Positions 13,222 to 25,087 of a DNA stretch of 64,000 bases are shown here, piece by piece (position 1 is the stretch's first letter; each line of letters begins with the position of its first letter). The DNA is from Dimorphilus gyrociliatus (lineage: Eukaryota > Animalia > Annelida). A model generated the notes under the pieces. It did not search any database, was not told where the DNA came from, and was given only the letters and a program-made list of their open reading frames with translations. The stretch is from assembly GCA_904063045.1 (NCBI GenBank), contig CAJFCJ010000012.1, forward strand, positions 1,426,001 through 1,490,000. Direction: 5' to 3'. The position numbers and the translations under genes are program-made.

Positions 13222-13407
13222 CTGAGCGATAATAAGTCAGATGACGTTATATAGATTTATTTAACACTTTATCTGCCAGTAAAGCTTTCGTTAGCAACTG
13301 GAATATATCTGTTACACAATGAGAATCGTTGTAAAGCCTTGATATCACTTGGAACTCAATTAGGGGCTGCATTCCCAAATAATTTGCTTCTGACCGGTCA
13401 TACTCAC
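13222..13407 (-). other. Probable 5' UTR intron of SLC25A51 (186 nt)
   Basis: Minus-strand donor CG|GTGAGT at 13407 and acceptor CTCAG| at 13222, 21 nt before the ATG. Confidence 0.55.
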
Positions 13408-13959
13408 CGGTTTAAATAGTCAATAGGTTACTAGATTAAAGTCACTTGTATACCGAATTTCAACACAGAAGATATACAAAGTTACTAAACCTCAAGTTTA
13501 CCATAGAAATACCTTAAAACAGCTAATATATCGTTTAACAAGAATATCAAACAGACAATTACAGTTATACTTTGTTGAAAAATAAATGAATTTTTTCAAT
13601 AATTAAAAAAGAAATAAATAATATTCTTACGTTTTGTTTTCCTTTTGAAAGTAAATAACAACTTTTATCTTTTAAGTGCTTAAAAAACAAATAAAATTAT
13701 CATCAGGGAACAAGGCAGTATAATGGATTATTTATTAACAGGATAATCCAGAATGAGAGTAGACAACTGTTTTGTTTAAAAGGAATTTTCGGATTTTAAT
13801 TTAGTTATATAATACAAAAACAGAAAAAATATTGTAAATTTCAATCAAAATCTTGATTTTTATATTTCGATCTTTTCTTGTTGTGAAAACACTTTTTTTT
13901 AATTAAATTTTCCTAACAAAAGTTACTTTTTTAATATTTATAAATAAATTACATAATGA

Positions 13960-14493
13960 CTAATTTGTTGATGCTAGTTTTAACTTTCTCTCTTTCATTT
14001 TTCTTTCAAAGTATTCTTTCATATTTTCGGCTGATTCAACAGTTCTAATACCCTTCTTTTCCTTCTTTTTTCCTCCGAACACGCATGATAAATCAGCTTC
14101 TGATTTGCTTTTAATATCCTTGCTCTTTCTTACTTTAACGTATCGACCGCGATCCGATTTCATTTTCGGTTCTCGTTTTTTGTCTCGAGCTTCTTCTGAT
14201 GATTTCGCAGAAATTGAATGTAAATCGTTCAAGTTTTTTAAAATATCACAAAATTCTGTTTGATGACTAAGCCATTCATCCGAAGATGCATTATCAAAGC
14301 CCACACCTCTAGTATCCGACTTTGCGCTAACCTTAACATGTTCGGCTCTTCCTTCTAAATTAGCACCTAATCCCTTTCCTTTCTCCCAACCCATCTTCTC
14401 AAGCATTTTCTGGCCAAATTTGTCTTCATCTTTACTCCAATTATTACCACATGGATTAGACGATATCGTTTGTTTCGATTTCTTGCCATTCAT
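13960..14493 (-). CDS. PINX1: PINX1/Gno1-like G-patch protein, 177 aa, single exon
   Basis: WSKDEDKFGQKMLEKMGWEKGKGLG G-patch, WLSHQTEFCDILKNLN, KSKDIKSKSEADLSCVFG and MKEYFERKM match the N-terminal two-thirds of PINX1. Confidence 0.85.
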   Translation of the reverse strand: MNGKKSKQTISSNPCGNNWSKDEDKFGQKMLEKMGWEKGKGLGANLEGRAEHVKVSAKSDTRGVGFDNASSDEWLSHQTEFCDILKNLNDLHSISAKSSEEARDKKREPKMKSDRGRYVKVRKSKDIKSKSEADLSCVFGGKKKEKKGIRTVESAENMKEYFERKMKERKLKLASTN

Positions 14494-14727
14494 TGTTTAA
14501 GATATTAAATTGCGCTATAGATTTCTTAGAAAACGCAAAATACTGAGCAGCACGTGTCCAGAAAGCAAGGAAGGAAGTGGCCAATAGTGGCTATAGAAAC
14601 TGGTAGTATATATATTTCATGTTTGAATTATCGTTAGTATGTTGTAGACTCCCGCCCGTTTATAACAATCAAGAAATAGAACGAATTTGTTAAAGTGACA
14701 AATTCGTTCCAAAGTCATCTAATCGTT
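14494..14727. promoter_or_regulatory. Bidirectional promoter PINX1/RAB20
   Basis: Head-to-head ATGs are 234 bp apart; E-box CACGTG at 14551-14556. Confidence 0.5.
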
Positions 14728-16046
14728 ATGACATCTCAAGACGTCACGGGTAAAAAAAAGGCGTACGTAGTTTTTTATTATTGTCAGTTGTCACTCGATT
14801 ATGACTCACTAGTAGACATCTCTGTAATTTTTCCTTCAAATTGTATTAAGGTAGTTTTAAAAGTTTATTCGAAGAGTATTATAGTAATTATTGTTAATAT
14901 TATTAAGTATACATTTAAATCTATAATAGAATCTATAAGTCATTTTCTTATAAATTCTTATTATATGCTAATATATTAGTATTTTTGAGCATGTTAACTA
15001 TATGACAATAGCTAATTTGTGAGTTATTCTATTCAGCTACATTATAGTAATTCGTTATATTTAATAGCTAACTTCAAAGTAGGTTAATCAATTCTTAAAA
15101 ATATGAAAGAATAATTTAAAGGAGATTACATTTATTGGATAATTCTTATTTTTAACATAACGGATCATTTAAAAAAAAGAACTTTTATATTTTAATGTAT
15201 TCTTTTTACAAAGAAATTTTCAGAATATTTTAAAGGTTCTATGTTAATATCTTATAGTAATGTATAATTCTTATTTATTAATATTGTACTATTAGAAACG
15301 TAAGTTACCATATGGTAATGAATCATCTGGAATAAAATGTCATCAAAAAATTTTATCAAATGACGCTTAATCATTAAATTTTGTATGTTTAGAGACTATT
15401 TTTTTATACTATTACGTAATATTAGTAATCGAAAGTTTATTATAGAGATTTAAAAGTTGTGATATTGGGTGCTGCTAATGTTGGGAAGACCACACTTATT
15501 CATCGTTACGCTAAAGGAGTTTTTTCGGAACATCCAAACACTTTAGGAGCTTCGTTTACGCTCAAACAATGGAAAAATAGAAACGTTGCCATTTGGGATA
15601 CTGCAGGGGAAGAACGGTTTCAAGGCTTAAGTAATTTTTACTGTAGACAAGCAGGAGCAGCTATTTTGGCCTACGATGTAACGGAAAGGAAGAGTTTTGA
15701 AGAGTTAAAAACAAGGTTTACTCAACTCTTAGCAGCTGCTGAACCGAATAGACTGGCAGTGGTAGTTGGCACTAAACACGATTTAGTTGAAGAAAAAGGG
15801 AAAGCTGTTGAAAGGGAAGAAGCAGTCCTGTTGGCTAAGCAATTAAATCCGAATATCTCCGATTATATACCAATTTTTGAAACGTCCAGCTTGAACGGAT
15901 TAGGAGTAACTGAAGTTTTTGAAACAATATTCGAAAAATGCCTCCGATTCGATGCTATAGCAACACATTTAGTTAATAGCACTATTGATCTATCTGCACA
16001 GAAGAAGGCCGGTAGTAACAATAGTAAAAATAACTGTGCTTGCTAA
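14728..16046 (+). CDS. RAB20: Rab20-like small GTPase; exons 14728-14762 and 15446-16046
   Basis: MTSQDVTGKKKA|DLKVVILGAANVGKTT, GASFTLKQW, NVAIWDTAGEE and YCRQAGAAILAYDV resemble Rab20 (GGAFYLKQW, ISIWDTAG); C-terminal CAC prenylation motif. Confidence 0.8.
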
Positions 16047-16714
16047 AGTCATTATTTTCAAGAAAAACAAAATGCTTTATATATACATTTTTAAGAAAAA
16101 GAAAAAAGTGTCAAAGATATAATTATTAGCAAAAAGATATTAATGATTACCATTTAATTAAATCAACAACATGTACAGAACTAAAGAAATTGTTGTTATA
16201 TAATGAAATGTAATTGTTCCAAAATTGATATGGGAAATATATCTCACAAAAACACATTTTTAATATTAAACTATTCGTTTGGTTTACGTTCTATAGTTAT
16301 TTTTACTTATCGTTAATTTTTTTTTACTTAAGACAATATTTAAATAATTACCTATGCGAATTATTTGTGGAGAGCAAAATAATATTGATTCTACTAAAAT
16401 GTATCAAATCTATTATTATGCAGTATAAGAGGAAGCTTAGAATAAAGAATGCTCGTCTTGTTCATTCAACCTGAAAGTTATTACGTTTTTCATTTATTGC
16501 CTTTTTTTTATATTTCTATTTTTTTCCATAATGTCTTTCTGCTTCCTGAATTGTAAGCAAAATAAAAGAGAAGAATATGTATTGGAAAATTTTCTCTTTG
16601 AAATTTGACTACGACTAGACAGATAAAACACTAATAAACATTTACACTTGTTTTTGTTTATTATCATTGAAACTTAAATTAGAAGATTATCATAAAACTT
16701 GAGTTTACTTTTTG

Positions 16715-18472
16715 TCAATTAAGCATTTTACTAAGTTCATTTACTAATCCCAAAAGTAGTGGATTACCTCCCAATTTTTCAATATTTTCGATAATTCTAG
16801 TTAACAATAAAATAACTTTTTTTAATAAGTCATGTATAGACAGAAAGATGGAAAATATATACTTACTGTTTTTCCAATTCTTTTAAAACTTTAATGGTAT
16901 AATCAAAAGAACCAGAGTCTTCGATTAGCTGTACACAATACTTTTTTACATCAATATCTTCAGTTCGTTGCCTTAAAATGTTCATTATTTTAGATTTATT
17001 CTTATCAATATTTAAGGAGTGAATAATTGGAAAAGAGAATTTCCCTTCAGTCAAATCTTCCGCAAAGCCTTTGTTCTTTGAATACTGAAAGAATAATGAA
17101 AGGAACGTGAAATTCTCAAAGAAAATAGTCTTGTAAAAACATAGTTACTTCATTTAAGCTTAGATTAGCGTAGTCATCTCGAATTTGGAAGAAAAGACCT
17201 AAATTATCTAATAACGGTTTCAGATCGCTGATAAATAGAAAACGTTAAATATTAATAATTGTAATAGTACCATGTAAATAGGAAATATGAATAATTTTGT
17301 TGGCAAAAACTAAAAGTACCTCTTGTTACTGCTAAATAATTGCATCAACCCAATGGCTAAACCAAATAATCCGCCAGTTTCTAAGTCAACAATTACCTTA
17401 TAAATAATTTGGTAAATATATATATATTAGTATACTCACTTCGAATTACCATCGTTCGATATTCATCTTCAGTTGGACATGTATAAGAATCCCTCCAGTA
17501 AATATCCATTGCTTGACCTCGATGCAACTCCAGAATTTGTTCTATAGTTTAATAGATAGTTATTTTCCGTTTTATATACTAATATATTTATATACTGTAT
17601 ATACTATATACAGTATCTAATATTAGAAATAAAAAAGAATTTAATCACTTGTAAATATTACGGGAACCTCAGGATGATTTAGTTCAATAGCTTTTTCTAA
17701 GCTAGCAAAGTACATATAATTAGCGGAATTAATTGCAGGAGGTATACCGAATATTGAATGAGCGACTGGAACACCTCTCCTTAATTTAGAATTATCTTCG
17801 ATATCATCGATTCTGCATAAAAAATAGAATAATTTTTGTATAGTCAGTCTTAAAAATTCTTTGTCGAGCTATTTCTAGCTTTCTACAAATTTAGCTAGCT
17901 TAATAATTAAGTTTATACTGTTATTGACAATTCTGTAAAATAATACCATTGACATTTTATAGTTGGACTTTATTTAAATAGTTAGTTTTATCTATACTAC
18001 TGAATAAATTCTGTCGTTTGATTGATGAGTAATGGATAACTATTTAATATCTCGTATGTCATGGGAAATGTTATCAATATTCCTTAAATTTAGTACTTAC
18101 ATTTTTGCTTTTTTATACTTAGAACAATAAACAGAAAAAGTAAAAGTAATAAATTAACTTACATTAAACTTGCGTTATGCAACATCTGAGCTGTTTCTGA
18201 GATAATCGTTAATTTTTCTTCTGATATTTGTAGCCAGTAATTGAACGCTAAAGCTAATTTATTGCGTATATTTTTTCCAGGAACTGTGGCAATGTGACGA
18301 TACGGGGCTTGAACTATCTAATAAAAAATTGTATTATAATATATATACTTTACTATTTATATACTTTTGTCAATTATTAATGTAAAAATAGAAAAAAAAT
18401 TAGATATACAAAGATATTAACCTCTTCGACCATATCATCGTGAGATTTTGGATTAAATGGAATTTTTTTCAT
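16715..18472 (-). CDS. GGPS1: Geranylgeranyl pyrophosphate synthase, multi-exon
   Basis: Contains PGKNIRNKL, [40 protein letters not shown], [29 protein letters not shown] and [16 protein letters not shown]; stop TGA at 16715-16717. Confidence 0.95.
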
Positions 18473-18722
18473 CTGTTAAATAAGGAATACTTTAATTTTT
18501 ACTTGACAGAATTTACTAGAGATGTTTGCTTTCCTTTGTAATTATTGCAACATTTATTAACAGACTTATGTAAGTTATATGGCTCTTAGTGGACATTTCC
18601 TTATTTCAGAGTTATTTATAGCGACTTGAATACTCTCTTTCACTACATAGGTAAAAAATATAAAAGCAAAAGACCTTTGGAAACTATTTATCTAATCACG
18701 ACGACAATTATCTAATGTTCAT

Positions 18723-20003
18723 CTACAGTTTACGATTGAATGCACGATATCTCATTCTCTTTCTTCCTCTTTTAGAGATTATTTCATTCACCCAACGATT
18801 ATTTTCTCCGTCACATTCTATATTTCTTCTTGCTCTACATCCAAGATAGTTTCCCCTATAGTCGACTGATGATCTTGCTCTTCTTCTTGGAGTTTTACAT
18901 TCGCCCAGAAGATGTGGCATATTTTTCTGCGTTGACCACGAGAGCGAACATCCGCAATGAAGTGGGTTTTGTCTCAAATCCATATCAATAAGTTTAGACA
19001 GATTTTTAACGATGCACTGATCAATGGAAGTTATAAGATTTCCGCTAACTTGCAAATGTTTCAAATTATTCAAGTATTTAAATACACTGGGACGCAATTC
19101 TTCAATTTTAGAATCACGTATGTCCAACCATTCAACATTCTTCGCTCCAATAAACATTTCCGGATGAAGGGTTCTGAGGTTAGTATGAGCCAGGTGTAAT
19201 TCGACCATTGATTTCAGCGACTTCAAAGCCCCATTAACAATTAAAACAAGTGGATTTTTAGATAGATCTAGATGTTCCAGAGATCTCAACCCTACCAGAT
19301 TTTTACGAAAAAGAGCAGGTAAACGATTATTACTCAAATCTAAATCTTTTAAATATCTTAGACGCACAAAAACTGATGGTTGTAAATCTCTCAAATCGTT
19401 ATGAGAGAGTGACAGGAAAGAAAGTTTTCTTGTTGGATAGAACGCTCTCGAATCAAGCCACCAAATAAAGTTAGAATCTAACCTTAGTTCTTTTAAACTC
19501 ATTAAACCTTTCAATTTGTCCCACCTTAAAGATGTCAGAAAATTATTCGATAGATCCAGATGTGTTATCTGTGATGAACCTTTGAATATGCCATTAGGTA
19601 GTGTCCTCAGAATGTTGTGCGACAAATCAATACTCTTTAGTTTCCTCAGAGACCGAAATACACCCGCCGGTAAAATTTGAATTAAACTGTTTTTCAATGA
19701 GAGATGTTGAAGACTCTGTCGAACACCCTTAAAACTTTTCCTTGTTAGGGTTAGGGGAACTTGATTATCAATAATTCGTAATTCTTTTATACTGGAATTT
19801 TTGAGAGAAGTTTCCGGTAGGCGTTGGACTTGATTGATACTTAAGTCGACAAGTAAATAGGATCCATTAAGGATAGGAGAACGATAAAGATTAGCAGAAG
19901 AACAATTTAAAATTGATTCCGTTACACATTCACATCGAAAAGGACAAAACTCAGCAAATATCCCAAAAAAAAAATTAAAGAGAACGCAGATACGTATGTA
20001 CAT
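18723..20003 (-). CDS. Secreted leucine-rich-repeat protein (signal peptide, LRRNT, about 12 LRRs, LRRCT, basic tail, no TM segment)
   Basis: 426-aa single-exon ORF with hydrophobic N-terminus, CPFRCEC, repeated LxxLxLSxN units and NPLHCGC. Confidence 0.85.
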   Translation of the reverse strand: MYIRICVLFNFFFGIFAEFCPFRCECVTESILNCSSANLYRSPILNGSYLLVDLSINQVQRLPETSLKNSSIKELRIIDNQVPLTLTRKSFKGVRQSLQHLSLKNSLIQILPAGVFRSLRKLKSIDLSHNILRTLPNGIFKGSSQITHLDLSNNFLTSLRWDKLKGLMSLKELRLDSNFIWWLDSRAFYPTRKLSFLSLSHNDLRDLQPSVFVRLRYLKDLDLSNNRLPALFRKNLVGLRSLEHLDLSKNPLVLIVNGALKSLKSMVELHLAHTNLRTLHPEMFIGAKNVEWLDIRDSKIEELRPSVFKYLNNLKHLQVSGNLITSIDQCIVKNLSKLIDMDLRQNPLHCGCSLSWSTQKNMPHLLGECKTPRRRARSSVDYRGNYLGCRARRNIECDGENNRWVNEIISKRGRKRMRYRAFNRKL

Positions 20004-21157
20004 GATGACGGCTCTCGAATGACGTCGTTGGCGATCCTATCGCTTTTTAGCCGTTTTCACGTTCGATTGACGTCGAATTCGTTTCGTTTCTACGCATCGT
20101 CGAACTAGCTCTCGTGGGAGAATGCGCAGAATAAAAACAGCAAAAAGCACGTTATCTATCCTCCCTCTTATTTATTTAGGATTCTATCGAATGAACCCGT
20201 TTTAATGCATCGCAATTCGATATAAGGAGACGTCTATAAGCTTACAGCCCGACAATCGAAAGCAAACCATTCGACCGGAAGACAAAATTGGCAGGCGCCT
20301 AATTTCAGAACGAATGTTCTAACGCAAGAAAGTCACGTTCGAAATACAAATAATTTCCCGCCTAGTTTGTTTGGTTTCTAGATACCCTTATCGGATGAGA
20401 CAATTTGAGCATAGGAAATTAATGGCAGAAGATCATCTACTTGTCGGAAATCAGTCAGCTGGTTAAGTTGTAATTAATGGGATCAGAATGTTCTATTGAC
20501 ATGTACGCCTCTATAAAGTTCCCAACTTCCAAACATCTCAATTTAAAGTTACAATAAAAACTTACCTTTAGTGAACAAAATAATTCATACTTACACTAGA
20601 ATGCATTCTGAACTGATAAATTATACTGCATGTTATTTGAATTTATAGTTCCAATAAACAATGATTTATCGTTTGACAAGTGGCAAGTTTTACGTATAAA
20701 TTTCGAAATTTAGTCTAATATCGTTCACCGCGATAACTATGTGAGTAATGATTCAATCAATTAAGCGTAAACAATAAGAGCCATTTTACATAAAACATTC
20801 GTTAAGTTAAAAATAATTCAATGAAAACTCATTTAAACTCGAACCTTTTTCTATATTCAAAGAACAAAAACCGAGCTTCAATATCCTATGTGAACGGAAA
20901 GTATTCTGTAGAAAAAATTGAAAACTGGTATTTGATTCACCTCACCAGTAGAGTTGTATAAACTCATAGGATGCACAAATTGTTTAAATAAGCAGATGTG
21001 TTTTGAATTCAGTTTTTATTATAAGCAATCTTTTTTGATAGTTTTTTTAATGGAAACGAACGGGAATTTCCCCTATAAGGTTGAATGTTCTGTACTTTTT
21101 AACAGTTCAATGGCAATAAAAAATAGCCTATAATATAAATGCTCCCAGGAATATAAC

Positions 21158-24100
21158 TTAAATAATAGAAAAGACTTTCTTTAATTCCACAATTAATACC
21201 CAATCACTTTTTTGCATTTCTTCTCGGAAACATTCTTTAAGTGCATCAATAGAATCACGTGATATCTAAAATAGATGTAAAGTATCTTTTTAGTCTATTT
21301 TGACAAACATGTTAAAGGGACTTACTTTAGACACAAGCATATCTTCTGCATCAAAATGACGCCCATACAATCGAGGAGCAACACCAGGAAGAGGTTCTAT
21401 CTTTATACAGACTTCGTCTCCTTTCTTCGCAGAATCAACGTTAGAATGGGATTTTTCTATGCTTACCACTCTTCCGAGTTCGCAAAATTCTTTAGTGGGA
21501 ACACACAGAGGAGTACCAACTTTCAGGGTGCCCGCTTCAATGATTACACCCATAACAATAGGATCTCTCTTGTTAAATATATATTGTGGTAATATTTTTA
21601 GCTTGCTTGGGAATACAACTACATCTTTTAGTTCTTCTCTTCGTTTCTTTTTCAAATCATCAAGATACTTATTAAAAGAATCATACAAGTGATATATTAT
21701 GTCAGCGGTGAAAATTTTTACACCAACAGAATCCGCTAACTCCTGAGCTTCTCTTTCAACCTTAACGTCAAAAGCAAGTATACATGCCCACTGAGGATCA
21801 TGTTCAAGCATTGTTGATGCTTTTACGACATCTCTCTTATGTAGAGGTCCAATATTTATACCAGCATACGGAATTTTCGAATCTCTGAAAAATTTTAGCA
21901 AAGCCTCCATGGAGCCTAGAGTTGAGGCTTGAACGTAAACACCTCGCTCCGATAGTTTTATTTCACTTAAAACATCTTGTAGCATCTTTGATAAATGAGA
22001 TTTATAATATTCGATCTCATCCGGATTTTTTGTTGAATATAGTGGTAAACCGGCCAAGGCTTTGTCTAGTTCTTTGGCAATAATTTTTACGCCTTGAGCA
22101 GCATTAACTATTTTATGCCTTTCATAACTGCTTTTAACGCGAAGTTCCTTCAGAGGTTGTGGCATCAGTAGGCCACGTATTTGGGTGACTATGGGTCCAT
22201 CTGACCCAGCTAAAATTATACAATCTCCTTCTTTCAATTGACCTTGAAGCAAAATTACATCTAGGGTTGTGCCCAACCCGTGTTGTTCTTTAACTTCCAT
22301 AACTGAAGCACATAATTCCTCAGATACAGCCAATTCTTTGGGTATCTGATTTTGTCCTAATTCACATATTGAAGCCAATAAATTTCCCATTCCATCCCCG
22401 CTGTGAGCGCTGGTTGGTACAACAGAAATGTATTCTTCAGGATTTTTATTTTCATGAAAGAGAGCAACGTTTAAACCTTGCTCCATCAGCTGAACATAAG
22501 AATGATTCCATCTTTCCTCAAATTCATGTTTTGTATGTGTTTGCATTTTTGCTAAAGTGTTAACCACATCTGTATTAGGATTTGGTCTCCAGTCATACAA
22601 ACGATCAATTTTGTTTAGAGCTATCACGAACGGAGTTTTTTTCTTTTTTAATAACTCAATACTCTCAATTGTTTGTGGTTCAAGGCCATGCATTATATCA
22701 ACAACTAAAACTGCAACATCACATAAACTGCTTCCTCTATCTCTTAAGTTTGAAAACGATTCGTGGCCAGGTGTATCTATGATTAGTAAGCCAGGTAGCT
22801 TCAGTTCCTGCTTTGTAAAGTTCTTACACATTTTAGTTTTATCTAAAATAGCTGCCTTTGGTACGTTTGTTGCACCAATCTGTTGGGTGATACCACCAGC
22901 TTCTCCCAATTGAACATTAGTTCTACGAAGTTTATCAAGTATTTTTGTTTTGCCAGTGTCTACGTGGCCTATATAAATAATAAATTATATGTTATTCAGT
23001 TTTGATAATTAAAATATTATAAATTTTACCAACCTAAAACGCACACAACTGGAGCACGTAATACATCAGTCTTCCTTTTGTCTTCATAGTAAAAATGCTT
23101 TCTCTTTACTCTCTCCTTGCCTCTCTCTATTGATGTCATACCCTTCATAGCATCATCTTCCCAATCTTCATCAGAGCTCTCTTCGTCCTCTTCGGAACTC
23201 TCGTCTGAAGATTCTTCGGAAGACTCTTGTCGATCCACAGACTTCTGCTCAACAATTTTCACTGATTTTTTATTAACTTTCTCAGAAACTGGAGGTGTCT
23301 TTTCGTCGTCTGAGGACTCAGCCCAATCCTCTTTAACATCTTCATTTTCATCAATTTTATCAGAGGAAGGAATTTCGGGAGATTTTTCTTTCTCCTCTGC
23401 AGGTGTTTTGTCCTTTGGCTCTTCAACAACAGTAACAGGAATAGCGGGAAGTTTTTCTTCTGTAGGAGTTTGCTGCGGCTTCTTCTTTTTAGTGTAGATT
23501 GGCTTTTTCCTTTTGATAGGTTCCTCTTCTCGATTTTCTTTTTCCTTTCCAGTTATACCAAATGATGCCAGGGCTCTCTCCGAAACCTTGCTTTGCCTGT
23601 TTGCTTTCTGCCTTTCTCTCTTCAATTTATCCTTCATTTTTTGTTTCTCTTTCTTTTCAGCAGCTTTTTTGTCTTGTTCTTCTTTAAGTCTCAAAGCTTC
23701 TTCTAGCCTTTTCTCTGCCTCTTCAGCTTCCTTTCTAAGCCGTTCCTCTTCTTGCCTCTTTTTTTCCTGTAGCTCTAAAATAGCTTTTACTTGGGCACTT
23801 TTCTTCTTCTTTGGCTCTTCTTCTTTCTTTTCTTCCTTTTTTTTCTTATCTTTCTTCTTTTTTTTACTTTTTTCTTTATCTTCCGCTTCTTCTGGTATGG
23901 GTTCTTCTGCAGGTTTAGGTTCATCTTGTTTTTTTGCTTGCTGTTCCTTCTCTTTTTTCTGTCGTTCCTTCTTTTCCCTCTTCTTTCTTGCCTTTTCTTC
24001 TTCTTTAGCCTCTACTTCAGCGCTAGGTTCCGCACTTTTGATCCCCATCTCAGCTAAAATGGCATCCAGATCATCTTCATCATCTTTTTCTTTTTCTTTC

Positions 24101-24850
24101 CCTTTTTTCTTTTTTTTCTTTTTAGATTGAGACTCACTTTTTTGTAAATCTTCTAAATCGTTATTAGTTTCAGCATTATCTTTTTCTTTCGTTTTCTTTT
24201 TTTTGTCTGGTTTTGGCGTCTCCTTAATTTCTTCGGATGGGCTAACATTATCGTCATCTTCGTCAATAGCATCATTCAACATTGAGAAGGCTGACATAGA
24301 TTTTTTGACATTGTTAGTTGGAGGATCATCATCGATATCGTCAATTTCGTTTTCAACATCATCATCGTCATCATTCAGCAGTTGTAAGACTTTATTATTT
24401 TTCTTATTAAAAAAAGGAATAATACATTTTTTAACAATACTTTCTTCTGATGTAAGCTTAATATTTAAATTTCAAAGTATTTCTTATTTATAGAATTATG
24501 CAATCAAACCATGCAGTATAGTAATATTATACTCTCATGAAATTTATATATAAATCCGGCTTAAAATTTACTTTCCTCTTCTCAATGTTGTGCAATATTA
24601 GCAAGCGTTCCTTACCTTTGCTTTTTTATTCTTTTTTACAGTGACAATGCTTTCCTCCTCGTCGTTACCATTTAAGATAATGCCATGATCTAACTCGACA
24701 TCTTCTTTATCCGACCTGAAATTAAATTATAATACAGTATTTCGTTAACATACGTCATGTTCTTTTTGACACGTGTTGTAAAGAAAATATGCTTTAAACT
24801 CACCAATCGTCGTCTGTTCGATTTTTTTTGCCCTTTTTTGGCTTGCCCAT
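21158..24850 (-). CDS. EIF5B: Eukaryotic translation initiation factor 5B
   Basis: K/E-rich N-terminus from ATG 24850 (MGKPKKGKKNRTDDDW), then LRAPVVCVLG|HVDTGKT, GEAGGITQQIGAT and IIDTPGHESFSNLR; last exon ISRDSIDALK...KKVFSII*. Confidence 0.97.
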
Positions 24851-25087
24851 CTTGTTTTCTTTTTAACAACATGAACAAGAGATTTACTGAAACAATATGA
24901 ACGTGGAATATCGAAATAATAAGTGTCGATATATCAGTATCGAGGAAAATACCTTAGAGTCGAATGAGCGACACTTTACGAGATTTCCGGTAGGTTGGCG
25001 CGTGCGCACTTAACAGACTAAATCGAAACTTTGATATTCTATTTTGGCTTTGAAATTTTTTAACATAAAAGAAATTAATACATATCT
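24851..25087. promoter_or_regulatory. Bidirectional promoter EIF5B/SLC39A11
   Basis: Head-to-head ATGs are 237 bp apart; ETS-like ATTTCCGGT (24983-24991) and NRF1-like GCGCGTGCGC (24998-25007). Confidence 0.6.

Noticed and set aside
18101-18117. 17-nt frameshifting cassette candidate in GGPS1 intron 2 (TAAG|...|GTAAGT)
   Set aside because: A GTAAGT hexamer in a 345-nt AT-rich intron is plausible by chance, and there is no independent support.
14728-18472. Functional clustering of a geranylgeranylated Rab with GGPP synthase
   Set aside because: They are convergent neighbours without a shared promoter, so adjacency is most simply chance.
20883-20979. Hairpin ending near an ACA triplet, resembling an H/ACA snoRNA
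   Set aside because: The stems are short, it is not in a same-strand intron, and no convincing second hairpin or H box stands above AT-rich background.
23117-24493. Long F/S/L-rich plus-strand ORFs opposite EIF5B (and similar ones opposite the NME8 tail at 61236-63932)
   Set aside because: They are antisense shadows of K/E/D-rich low-complexity exons.
24403-24615. 6-nt and 9-nt lysine micro-exon candidates in an EIF5B intron
   Set aside because: They would leave flanking introns of only 35-38 nt, shorter than other introns I could support here, and the acceptors are weak.
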